DNA from: Tubiluchus corallicola
Lineage: Eukaryota; Animalia; Priapulida
Assembly (NCBI GenBank): GCA_030141605.1
Contig: JAQGDQ010000342.1
Span: 1 to 64,000 of the forward strand
Direction: 5' to 3'
Length of the DNA: 64,000 bases
Shown here: piece by piece, positions 28,031-41,400 of the stretch
How positions within the stretch are numbered: position 1 is the first letter of the stretch
How the letters are laid out: each line of letters opens with the position of its first letter
Made by a program: the position numbers and the translations under genes
The notes under the pieces: model-generated
What the model was told of the DNA's origin: nothing
The model's database searches: none
The model's input: the letters and a program-made list of their open reading frames with translations, nothing else

Positions 28031-28319
28031 ATAGTATAGCCTTTATTAACGGACATATAACCGCATCACTGTGATTATCATATAGGTAAAATATTTGTTT
28101 ATCACATATGTACAAATGCTTTGTTAATAGTTTTTTATCGCTTCATGGAGTTTGCAACTAAATTTGTACAGCTGTGTATATACCTTGTGCAGCTGTGTTT
28201 GGGTCAAATGGTTAGCATAATTTGAAAATCATTACCCGAGTTCTGCCCGCTGATAAAACCATCGGGTATGCGTCGAGTTTGTAGTTTTCGTGTTGGAAAT
28301 TTGATTTTCAGAGATAAAA

Positions 28320-28470
<151 letters not shown>

Positions 28471-28487
28471 ACTGGCGGCTTACGGCA

Positions 28488-28648
28488 GGTTCAGACTGGC
28501 GAGTTTTCTCTCTCACATCGATCTCGCAAGCGTGTACTGCTTTGTGAGTTACTGTTGGCAAGTTATTGCAAACTCTTTGGCACTAATTAAGCACGCTTGC
28601 GAGTTACTTGGCGAGTTAATATAGCGAGAAAACTTGCTAGTCTGAACG
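28488..28648. mobile_element. Short MITE-like element
   Basis: Inverted ends GTTCAGACTGGCGAGTTTTCTC and GAGAAAACTTGCTAGTCTGAAC; the interior resembles 21745-21945. Confidence 0.55.
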
Positions 28649-29931
28649 CGTCGACGCAATCCATGTGTGTCCGTCGTTGTCCTGAATTCAATTAGTTTAC
28701 AAAATGTTGCAAAATGTTTACAATTTAATTTACATTAATCATAATGTCAACAACCGTTGGTTATGTGAAATATTCTACTGTTATAGTCTGCCAACACGTA
28801 TTCTACGGTTCACACTGCCAACACTGATTAAACGGTCAGGCGCCAGGCAGGTGCACAACAAACTTTGCAGGTCGTCAATCTTTCTTTTTAATCTTTATTT
28901 ATTTTCTGCTTGCATGCGCATTAATGATATTGCGCAATTAATACACAATGGCTATTGCCGTTGCAACTCATGCTGCGGATGTTGCCGTTGTTGCCACCGC
29001 CGTTGTAACTGATGCTACGGATGTTGCCGTTGTTGTCTTTGTTTCGGTAACAGCTGGTGCGTGAATTGGGCATTTAATGTGTGTATGTACAAAGACATAT
29101 AAAACTGTAATAGTTAAGAAATAATAAGACTATTACAATTACAGATATATTACAATTACAAATCTGTCTGTCTGCTTGTCTGCCTCCCTGTCTGTCTGCC
29201 TGCCTGCCTGCCTGCATATCTGTCTGCCTGCCTGCGTTCTGTTTGTCTGTCAGCCCATCCATCTGTCTGTCTGTCTTTCTGTCTGCCCGCACAATAGACT
29301 CAAAATGAACGAAGCTGTAACCACAAGCTTGGCACAGGAATAGGACTGGGTAAGACCTGGAAACCTATTACTGTTTTGTTCAACGATCAGGTCTAAGATC
29401 AGGTCAATTAGTCAAAAAATTTGAACAAACTTGAACAAGCTGACTGTCATATAAATCGGCACTATTACCCAGTACACGTTATTTTTACTTCAGTAAGGAC
29501 ATGGAGCTTGCAACCTGTAAACCATCGGAGTGCCCTCCAGTTCTTGATTTTTGTCTTTCTGCTTGGGTGACAGCGTAGGCAATAACCACTCGTGGAGTGA
29601 GGCCACAAAACTCAACTGCAATCACATTAAAATTATAACATCATTATAACAGTATCACTGCCGCCACTAAAAATAAAATAAATATCTTTTAGATAAAATT
29701 ACTGGTATTGTTGGTAAGGTCTGTGGTACTCCAGTACCTATACTGGAATACCTTTTTGTGAAAAAAAAAACAACCAAAAGTCAAAGTGTATTATAAATGA
29801 CCCAACTCACCCTCTTGCATCAAATTTTGAAAAACCGATATCTGGCAGGTATAAAAGTTTTATTTATGAAACAAGTAGATATCTGAACTTTCTTTCCAAG
29901 TGCAGTAAAACAAAAATCACTGTTTGTTTTA

Positions 29932-30073
29932 CTATCCTATTATCCTATCCTATCCTATCCTATCCTATCCTATCCTATCCTATCCTATCCTATCCTATCC
30001 TATCCTATCCTATCCTATCCTATCCTATCTTATCCTATCCTATCCTATCCTATCCTATCCTATCCTATCCTAT

Positions 30074-30105
<32 letters not shown>

Positions 30106-30322
30106 TATCTTATCTTATCTTATCTTATCTTATCTTATCTTATCTTATCTTATCTTATCTTATCTTATCCTATCCTATCCTACCTATCCTATCCTATCCT
30201 ATCTTATCCTATCCTATCCTATCCTATCTTATCCTATCCTATCCTATCCTATCCTATCCTATCCTATCCTATCCTATCCTATCCTATCCTATCCTTTTAA
30301 TCCTATCCTATCTTATCTTATC
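29932..30322. repeat. (TATCC/TATCT)n pentanucleotide microsatellite
   Basis: Direct reading. Confidence 0.97.
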
Positions 30323-30898
30323 GTGAAAATGGCCACAACGTTCTTCATTTCCCTAATATAATATTGTGTCTGCTTGTGATCGGTCTTCAGGCAACTTCTT
30401 AGTATCTTCAAATACAGACAGTTATTTCTTAATTACTATACCAGCTTCGTTTCACCCAAGGTACACTACAATAACTGGCTTCATTTGTATTATGGCAAGA
30501 AGCATAAAAGCTCCTCTGGTTGCATTAGTGCCTTTAAGTCAAAACCTATTAGATGCATTTCTATTTTAGGGGACTGCTGCGAATCACGAAGACATACAAA
30601 GACATTATTTATCCAGAACCTTGAATGTATTAATATAATGAAAAGACAACGGAGAAGCTGATGGTGATGACAATGATGATGATGATAGTTTAGTTTTAAA
30701 GGTGGTACATTCTGGCAAATTGAATACTATAAATTTCACATGCAAATTTCTGTTTAACACATTATTAATTAGTGTTTAGCATCAGTAGGTGTTTACTGAA
30801 TTATTAAAAGGAAGCCGAACCCATTCTTAAACTATAGCACGAAACCATCTATTCCATAAAATAGTGAAGCTTGGCATATTATTTTTAAGGAATGACTG

Positions 30899-31548
30899 AG
30901 GCTACAACTTCATGTGTACGTAATGCGTGATCCGTAATGCGTGATGCGTAATCCTCATCATTTGAACTTGATCGCTTTCGTCCGAATACGCATCACGCAG
31001 CAATACGCAGCCGGGAAACCGCCGTTGCCTAGGTGATTATAGCGAGTTTCAAGTTTCCGGTGGCCATTTTTGCTGTTTAGTTTTCTGAAAATTCTAGTTA
31101 GATAGGTTTTGGTTACTTTAGGACCTGTAAATAATAAAATTTTTTCTATAATTATGAGTTTTTGTGAGATAGAAGAAGCATGCAGTTATGTGTTGCTCAT
31201 CTAACAGCAGTTCTTTCACTAAAAGATGATACGCGCCATATTGTTCTCTCCCCTGCAAAATATTGTGCACCCAAAACCTGTGCTTTCTTTTCCGTCTTAC
31301 AGTACAACAATAGGCTAATGCCACAGCTGTAATTATCATGCTTAAATTTTGACAGAGACACGGCTTCCAAAAATTATTGCTTGCAATTTTCGCGAATAGC
31401 GATCAAAAATGGCAGAAAGAGCGCCGTGAGCTTTGTTAGTACGCATATCATTTATGGACACATGGAAACAGTCAATGCGCATCATGCCTCACACATTGCG
31501 GATCACAGATTGCGCATTACGCATTACGTGCACGTGGAGCCGTAGCTT
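30899..31548 (-). mobile_element. Non-autonomous PIF/Harbinger element with a transposase N-terminal remnant
   Basis: Imperfect TIRs GCTACAACTTCATGTGTACGTAATGCG and CGCATTACGTGCACGTGGAGCCGTAGC; ORF 31118-31339 encodes RRKRKHRFWVHNILQGREQYGAYHLLVKEL. Confidence 0.72.
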
Positions 31549-32664
31549 TACGCGAAAAAATTATTTGTGCAGGTTGTTCTTAGCTGTTGCAAGCATTTCG
31601 CCATTTGCTAATTAAATGGGCACTAGCGCATGCATCATGTGTAGCATAAAAAACAGGTGCTGTACCTCTCAATTCAAATGTAATTCAGTTGTGATGTGGC
31701 GCACACTTTTACGAGCTCACGTGTGAGTACAGAGGTAAACTCAAAATGTAAATTTTTACGCATACAATTTGCAGAGATTTGTGTATCACACCAAATGTTG
31801 TACACAAGCACTGTACTTCAATTTTTGTTGTGGTATAGACATGGAATATTTGTGCTGCCCTGTTGAAAATTATGCTCACTGATGACGTCATCGTCAATAG
31901 TTAAATAAGTTCTTAATCTATTATTAAGTTACTTGAAGCATTTTGGTACTATCATATATGTTATAAAAGTACTTTTTACGGTCCTTCTAAATGAGTAATA
32001 TACGAAAACTCATTCTGTGTTCCTTTAACTTATAGTACTGGTCTTCTGTTTTCACTGTGACGAACACGTGGAATGTTTGTGGTGTTGAAAATTATATTCA
32101 CTTACGACGTCATAACTAACTGGGATTAAGTTTTAACCTATTGTTTAATTATTAGATACATTTTGGCATTATTGTGAGTGTTAAAAGTATAGTTCTGCCG
32201 TCCATCAAAATGGGTAGTATATGAAAAGTTTCCTGTTTGCCTTTACTTAACTTTTATTCTTAACTTCTAAAAAAATTCTTAACTTTTAAAGTGAAAATTA
32301 ACATGACATATATAATAATCTTTATTTGCCATTAAAATACATTGATAATCACTGATAAAAACTTTACAGAGATAATCAATTAGTGTTAGTTAATAAAAAC
32401 TTACACTGCTCATGACATAACAAGGGTGTCTTCACTGAACTTAGTTATGTAATAAACACAGTTGTATAATTTACGGGTAAAAAATTTAATGTTGAAAATT
32501 ATTATTCTTTAAATGAGGATTAACACGCAACATATAATTGTGCTACAGTCAGTGGCTACTGGTTATTGACATTAAGACTATTGAGCAGCTGTAGGCAATA
32601 GTTAGACTGGAAAAACAAGCCTGAGTTCACTTATATTTCACGCAAAATATTATTATTTTGGGAG

Positions 32665-32706
<42 letters not shown>

Positions 32707-32899
32707 GATTAATATATATATATATATATTTATAATATAATATAAATATATATATATATGATTTTTTTAGATTATAGATTTATAGATATTTTATTTCAAA
32801 CTTCACAAAGTTCATATACACATCACAAATTAATACAAATAATACAATAAATCGTGAAACGCAACAATAACACAAATAACAATTAACTATATAACAAAC

Positions 32900-33331
32900 T
32901 ACGCCAATGACGTCTAATTACAGAAGTAAAGTTTGCATCACTGTTTAAAATGTTCTTGCATATAAAATTTTCACTCTTATTCAGCCTGACGTATAAACTG
33001 TATGCACATTTTCTGTGAATAACATCAAAATAAATAATATTAAGTCTAGTAGAAATATATTTGGCGCTCGTATCATATGAAAAGTTAAACAGCTTCCGTG
33101 TTGATACACATATGCAAACTTCAGTTTGCTAAGATTGTAAGAATAAAAATGTCTCCAAGTGGACATACAATAAAAAGTAGTACAGTAAGCATTAAACAAT
33201 TGTCTCTTCACGTTAACTGAACAGTGAATAAATTTCATGAGTAATTTATTTGCTCTACCATAGTAAATTGAACATTGTCGTAATATATCTAAATCATCTC
33301 TATTGTCATCTGATAAAATGTGACCTAGCAT
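32900..33331 (-). mobile_element. Non-LTR retrotransposon fragment, C-terminal to the RT
   Basis: LGHILSDD..DDLDILRQ...YGRANKLLMKFIHCSVNVKRQLFNAYC. Confidence 0.75.
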
Positions 33332-33334
33332 ATG

Positions 33335-33401
<67 letters not shown>

Positions 33402-33960
33402 AAGTGAGTTAGCCAGCATGTACTTTCCTCCGTTTACTAGGGTAAATGAAAAACTGAGACTGAATAAAAAGTCCACCCTCCAGAAAAGCTTTAAACAAAA
33501 AATGTAGTAGTGATAAACTCAGTGTAAACTCATTAATAAAATTTCAGCGTTTATTGAATTATCAACCTGTTCAAAAGTGCCATAAAAATTATGCTCGATT
33601 TAAACTGGATTAAGGTAGCCTACTCCACTGGATGTTGAATGCAGTGTAGGGTGTGGTGCCCTTAATTATCTTTAGGAGCGTAGGGATAATTCTACCTCTT
33701 TTATTTTGCATCACTGTAAATTGTTTTATTTGTACTCGATGAAGTATCACACTATAAAAAATGCTATTATAATAAAACACTATAATTATTATATATAAAT
33801 AATATACTATTATATAAAAACATTATTGGATCACACTACTTATAATTACACGATAAAAAACTGGCATGGCATTCACAAAGCCGAGAACAGCCATGTGTTA
33901 TTGAGTTCAAATCGATGAAGTTAACTCATTATTAGCCTACGAAAAAGAAATAATAATGGA

Positions 33961-34903
33961 TGTCACGGTCGTGTTTAGCAGATTAAAACGAATAGCCATT
34001 TAACTGTAATACATTTACGTGGCATTTGAAGAAAACTATTAGCTATATCTGAATGTATTGTATTGAACCTGTCATTAATAACTAATTAACCGAATTTGGT
34101 AAACGTTATAAACTGGTGGCTCCACCTATCGGATGTTCAACAAAGAAATGTTACAGTTCAACTTTTTGGACTAAATTCTGGCTTCATGATCTCATACCTA
34201 TAGTACCGCTGTGATTGGATGATTAACTGGGTCACGATAGGTATGACTGGAGAGGTGCAGATTATACGACAAGGTTAGGGAGATTGTGGTTTAATGGCCG
34301 ACTCAGCTAAAAGGCCAATTGTTTTTGTCTTTGTCGGGGCGTTGGCCGACAAGACGTCACTTCGGATACTTTTATAATCAACTTCATGACTTACAATAGC
34401 TACGTGAATTGAATTGTTCACACTACCATTCATTTATCTTGAGTAGACAGAACGTGAGCAAAGTGATTCCAGCCACCTAAGTGTGTGAAACCCGGAACTT
34501 TACGGGAGACGTCCCGCTACGTGAAACGCTAGCAGACTGTTATTAAATGAGGGGTACCCCGCTGCTCTGGTGCAAGTTGTGAGTTCTTTTTGTTTATTGT
34601 TTTGAATTAATTAATTAATTATGCCAATTAAAATGTTAAACCTATGGCAAACAGTTTGTTTATTTATACTTTGTTGTGTTCCCTGTTTCCGTTCACACTG
34701 TATCACCATTGGCCCATTCTCTGTACTTTAGGACGGACCGACCCCTCCTGCGCTTGTAACTGCCTTAGAATTCAAATAAACATTGCTGCTCTTTAACATT
34801 TGGAGTCACCAACCCGTTCAGCAATCCATCTTGACCTAAGTTGCCCGACCCAAGTTCGAGGCCCAGTTGAGCTAACAAAGAATTTCGTGACCCGAATGTT
34901 ACA
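33961..34903 (+). mobile_element. Solo LTR, 943 bp
   Basis: TGTCAC...GTTACA termini with an exact 5-bp TSD ATGGA (33956-33960 and 34904-34908); AATAAA near 34775 gives the tentative orientation. Confidence 0.72.
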
Positions 34904-35334
34904 ATGGATAAACTGCAAATTTCAACATGAATTCCAAATTATCATCAAGCAAAGAATGGAGTTTCTTCTATAGTTTATTATTGGAAGCGCATTTTTATAA
35001 GTGGTACTGAATTGTCATGTGTCGATCGTAGCCAATCGGCAAAAGTTATGCACTATGCACCGGGCACTGGCCGCATTGCACGCAGAGTTTGACTTTAAAA
35101 TAAAACAAAATTGAATTCTAGGGAACGACAAGATACGCAATCTGGCATTTTTGCCGTATCAATCACGTGCAGCATGTTAACCAAACTTACCAAATTACTT
35201 AGTTAGTTTGTTACTTGTATACAGTTTCTGACTGCGTCAGAAATATCGTTCAGCTAGTATATTTAATTTTTATATTTCTGCATAGATAGCTGATAAAATG
35301 TTGTAGATAGCTGGACCTGTTGTGATAAGGAAAG

Positions 35335-35448
35335 ATGAAGTTTCACGTTTACACTCTATCGTTCTTTACATGGTGGCTTCTGGGAACATCTGCTGAACGA
35401 AAGCAGAGTGAGAAACCGCACATTGTTTTCATATTGGCGGACGACTTC
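35335..35448 (+). CDS. ARSB: Arylsulfatase exon 1 (signal peptide and metal-binding DD)
   Basis: [38 protein letters not shown]|GTAAGT. Confidence 0.92.
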
Positions 35449-38400
35449 GTAAGTCACCGTTTCGTATAATGTATTCATTTAAGTTCTTTTTCTGATATAT
35501 TCATTTCAGTAATGAGTTAATGCTAACTTAATAGTGAAAATATTCTCCAGTTATTTGCCCCAGTCGTTGTTCTCTCCCATGAGCTCTTATCTGTTGATGA
35601 TCTTGGCAATGCTTAACTTTTCGCATTAAAAAGTATTTCTCTGAACATTGACTTGTTTGTGGTTCCCGTAAAAAGCTTAAGCTTGTCGGCAGTGGAGTAA
35701 GACAATTGCCGTACATGGGCTAGCCCAAGTAGGACGCATCGTACATGGTTAGCTCAAGTAGGGCGCGTTGTACATGAGCTGCCCAAGTAGGACGTCAGAG
35801 ACAGGTTACAAAGTGAGTCGTTAACCGTAGTGGCAGCATCGGTTGTCCTTGTTTATTTAATAATAATAATCAGTGAAGCTGTCAGTATACTTGGAATAAT
35901 TTATTATACATCTGATAAAATAAAAAATCCTATTCTGAGCTAGTCGAGCAAGCAATATTAAATTTGGCTTCAAGGTTAATCTTGTTGAAATAAGCCCACT
36001 TTTTAGGCGATTTCGCTTTTTGGTTAAAGTACATCACTTTTTATTTTGTCTTGCTTCACAGACAGGTGATCCGTTTCACTACCTCTTCATAAAATAATTG
36101 TTTTCTCCTAAATAAACTGGCTAGCAAGCTATGTGCCCTACATGGGCTAGCGAGCCATGTACAGCAGTGCCGTAGTCGGGCTAGTATGCCATGTACTGAC
36201 GTGTGGTAATAGTAATCGTTGATCGGTGGAAAAGAAGAAATTTATGTGTAAAAAGTGAACAAAATACATGTTTTTGAAGTACATGCAAACTAGCACTTTA
36301 TATTGATGTCAGTTTGCTCGCCGATTTGATAAAGAAAATCGTGTGTATCCACGGTATGATGCCAAACTGATGACAACTTAGTCAGCATGCAAAATTTTTA
36401 ACAAAATAAAGAAACTTTCACAGAATTTTTAAAAATTTCAAAATTCTCAATGTAATAAAGTTAAAAGAGTGAGAAAAATCGCCAGTGTCCTACTTGGGCT
36501 GCCCATGTACATCACTGGTTTTCCACAAATTTAGTACATGCGCTTTAGCTCACGTGTCCTACTTCGGCTAGTGGCACACTGTGTTCCCTACTTAAAAGTG
36601 AAATTGTTGAAGCATCAAATCTGGCTCAATTTCGGAAATCATCGAGGAGAGACCGTCTAAAACCGTGTTGTGGTTAGGTGTATTCTCTGGCATCTGTATG
36701 GGTGTATTTCATAGCTCCAAAATCCTTGACCAGTCGGCTGTTGAAGACATTGAAAGATGGTACCTCCACCACCTGTTCTGATAACGTATTCTGTAACTCT
36801 GATGTTCTCACTAAAAATCATTTCCGTATGTTTAACTTGAATCTTCTCATTGTACCCTTAATTTATTTAGCTTTCCAGCTACCCTGTTCTTAAGTAGTTG
36901 TACCTAGTTGTCTTTCACATATGGATAGCCTTGATGTGTAAAGGCTTATAGGCTTCAAGGCTATATTGTACACGCTTCTATATTGCAATTTTATTTGTGG
37001 TGCTAGCACAACACATAAAAACATAAATGATTTAACGTATTTACATGTACAGTGGGCGCCATTTATTAAACTCACAGTGAAAAAAATCAGTCACCTAGTT
37101 GACTCAAAAGCGTCTGTCATGGGTCGTTCCTATTCAAATACATATAAAAACTGTTGGTAATTGACTCAAATAACTCCACATAATTGACTCAGTATTTTTC
37201 CTTCATGTACTTAAAATAAGACAGTTATGTTACCAAAGAGCTTTTACTGCTGTTATGTCATCTTTATGTCAATTTTGTGTACACAAATATGCCTAGAAAT
37301 ACTCATGTTAGGTACAACTTTGTTTAGAAGCAGGTGCAGCATGTTTATCATATGCACTGATTAGCGTAGCGGCTTTCCCTTTGAATCTGTCACCCGCTCG
37401 CCCACTGCTGTTAACTTCGTTGTTTCTGGAATTAAACATTTACCGTATTTTCCCATGTATAAGAGACCCTTGTGTATAAGAGACCCCTTCAATTTTTAGG
37501 CAAAAATTCTGGAAAAAAGTTTTTTGGTAATGAATAACTTTATTCATCATAGAAATCATTAAATTCCTCATCACTCTCATCAAAAATATCAACTGGAGTC
37601 AGACCTTCAGCAATTCCAGCCAGTTCATCATCAGAGGAGTCACTCTGCTCAAAAATGGCATTGTCCTCTGTGCCGTCCATGGCATTGGAGATGCCACACT
37701 TCTTGAAAGATTTAATAATGACCTCTGGCTTTACACCATTCCATGCCTTGAGGACCCAGCTGCAGACTTCTCCAAGGGTTGGCTTTCTTACCTTGCCAGT
37801 TGGTGTCAGATTGGAGTCGGCATCTTGCATCCACTTCGTCCACTCCTCTCGCAATTTATGCATCTTATTGAAAAGACTTACTCCCATGTATAAGAGACCC
37901 CCTATTTTTAAAGTGAAAATTCTGAGCAAAAAAGGGTCTCTTATACATGGGAAAATACGGTAATCACTTTCCCAGTAATTTGTTTTTGAAATTCCCGCTG
38001 CTTTTCACAGGGAAAACAAGCTCATCATCAACTGCAGCTCAAGCACTACCTGACCAGGTGTTTTGCTTGAACATGTGCTGTATACAGCAACAGATTTCTA
38101 ATGTTTTTATCAGTATGAGAATTTTAAAAACCAACTTCTTTGTGAAGAAGTGAAGCAACCAACTTCTCTTGAATTTTTGTAATTTTTACTGATAATATTC
38201 AGATTTGTGCAATTTTTTATTTCTTTATATTAATTCACTTATGTAACTTACTATTCTTGAATAATTGCGCATAGGTATTTCTGACATTAATTCGTTACTA
38301 AAATTCATTTAAAGCCTCTGCAGTGCATACTAAGCTGGTGAGTGATAACTCATACTTCTTAGTAGTAATAGGCTACACCGGTTGGCTAATTGACTCAGTT

Positions 38401-41400
38401 GGTTAATTGGGTCAGAACACTTCTACCACAAAGTGAGTCTATTAAGTGGCACCTACTGTATATGTCAGAGCTGACTGTTGATTTATGGGCCGAGTTATTA
38501 GAGCAAAATGGTGACTTTCAGCATACAGTTTACAAAAAGCCTTCTCATGTAGCTTTTGCAAGATTTTCTGTTCCAACTATATACACTCGACCCTCGTTAA
38601 ACCGGACCCCGTTAGCCCGGATATCGGATAAGACGGACGTCATCTGTGGTAAAGGAAACTGACCGATTGATGTTATCCGTGGTAAAGGAAACTGACCGAT
38701 TTCCATCCGAGCCGGAGCGCTAAACATAACACGGCCTATCAACTGTACAATAATTTCTGTATCCTCACAGTTAACTATTTTAAAGTAATATACAGTAATA
38801 AATCGGACAATCGGCTAAACCAGACCCCCCCCCCATTAGGACCCCTTTAAGGAGGGTTGACTGTAATCTGTTTACATAACCTTGAATAGCACCTTTGAAT
38901 CTGTTAACTGTAGATGTTTGGAGAAGCTCATTCCAGACATTTACGATTCGCTGACTAAAAAGGAATTTTCTCAGATCCAGATCAGGTCGTCTCTTATATA
39001 TCTGCATACTGTCCCAACCAAAACACACCACAACAAACCCACTTGAAGACGTGGATTAAATCAACACGAGTTCTTCCAGTGATGAGCATTTGTAATTTTA
39101 GTTGACGTAAATGCTGTCAATACGGCAAGACTCTCATTCCCCAACACCATTCACTCTTTTCTGGACAGCTTCACTCAAGAAATATCTACTACGTAGTGGG
39201 GTTCCAAACTGGACTTCCGTATTCTAGGATTGAGCGAAGTTTAGATTTGTGTAGTGACTTTACCATGCTTGTATGCCTGTTACGAAGGTCCTATGAATCA
39301 TTCCTAAAATGGCATTTGCTTTTTTAACTTTGTTTGAAACGTGTGATGCAGGTTTCAGATCAGACCAGATGTGAATGTTATGCCTCAGTCTGTTTCCTGC
39401 TGTATCTCTGTCAAAATTGTATTAAGTAAGAAATGATCCCGTTTTGGGTTTGGATGGCCCAAATGGACCAATTTGCATTTATTTTCATGAAAAAGCATTT
39501 GCCATTCTTGTGACTAGCTAAATAATTCATTTAATGATTGTCGTACAATGTCTTGATATAACTACCTACACATCCACGCAGCTTATAATCGTCAACAAAT
39601 TTCGACAACTATTTAAACAGCAATATCATTGTTATAAAGTAAGGGTCCGAGGATGGACCCCTGCATAACCCACTGCCAGCATTCAATCCATTGCAGTAAT
39701 TTTGCATGCCCGGCTATGTGAGAGGGTACAGCATATGGTCGTCTCTCTTCTCTTCCTTCGAGTTTTATTGGTGTGCCGTAGTAGTCGTGCATGGTCTTGT
39801 ATACTTCTAGAATATCATCTCTGAACCTACCGTATATTAAACTAGGTACTTTTAGTGTCAGCAGTTTGTCTTCTTACTGATTTCATAATCTCACATTATT
39901 TTTAAATGTTTTCAGATGTGCGTCTTAGTATGTTTTTCTGTATTTGTGCTGATTCTTTCAGGGTTGGAATGACGCCAGCTTTCATGGCTCAGAACAGATA
40001 CCGACACCAAACATTGATGCAATGGCTTACGATGGTATCATCCTCAACAATTACTACGTGTCTCCAATTTGCTCGCCAACTCGTAGTGCAATCTTGACAG
40101 GAAGATATCCTATACACACTGGTAATTGACTTTGGTGCAGATGCACTACACATTTAATTATTTTCGCTAATGGAATGAACCCACATTTCTTGAATTCTGA
40201 ATTCAGATTTGTCCGAAATGTATGAAATGTGAAGAATTAATTTGTTACAAAAAGTTAAAGGAAAACAGAATGATTTTTCTTATCCTACTCCATTTTGAAG
40301 TACGGTGAAAAGTATATATTTTAAGATCTATAATAAGCATTTGTGGTAATTAAATAATAGGTTAAAACGTTAATTAACAGCAAGCGAGGCTAACTAATGA
40401 TGTCATCACAACTGAACATAATTTTTAACGGCACTAACATTCCACGAGTGTGTTGCACATGTTTGCGAAGGCCATAATTGAAGTATAGTGCCACTATGCG
40501 ACATTTAATGTGATTTACAAAAACTCAGTTAATTTTAAGTTTAAAATTTAAATTTTTCGTTTACCGTTGTGCTCCTACATGAGCTTTTGAACGTGTATAG
40601 CTGAACTCCTCTGAACTGAGAAGTACGGCACCTGCTTTTTTTGTGCAACGCATTTCCGAGGTGTAAGAGCTAGTGCTCATCTGACTAAGGAATAGTGAAG
40701 TGCACGTGACCGCAGAGAACTAGCAACTCGAATGAGAAATTACGTTTCTGTGGTAATAATGCTTTCACCTAGGTCAGGGGTGTGCAAATTATCTGACTAG
40801 CCGGGCCACATTAAACATTCCCACAATTCCTATGGGCCACATGCAGTTTGGTCAAGAAACCAAGTACAGTAGGACTTAATACGATTTTTTTGCATCCGAT
40901 TTGCACACATCATTACTACTACACTCAAGAAACTATTTTAGAAGTTATTAAAATTTATATTACAAACCATATATTTCGTCATGTCCCACAGTGACATTAA
41001 GTGACAACGGTCTTGTAAGGGTTATGCCATCCGATTTAGAGGAAAAAACTACCTGCACTATCTTTGCGATATTGGCGCAGACTTTAGCTGGATTGCGTGG
41101 GCCGCACTTTCATTCACTTTGACAAATCTCTTCGCGGGCCGCACAAGATCTCACGGCGGGCCGCAGTTTGCATACCCCTGACCTAGGTCATTCTCGAAAA
41201 ATTATATGTTCCCTTTCAATATTTTATTGGGTACAAAGTTTAAGATTGGATCCAGTTTTTCTTTAAGCAGAGTAAGTAGTAAATTAACTGACACTTAGAA
41301 ATGCTGAATTAGTTGGTGAATCCAGGCCTCCCATAATCACTCAGGCAGTGTAGTCTACTGGTCAAGGCATTTGATGTTACCTAAATGTCCCTGTTTCATA

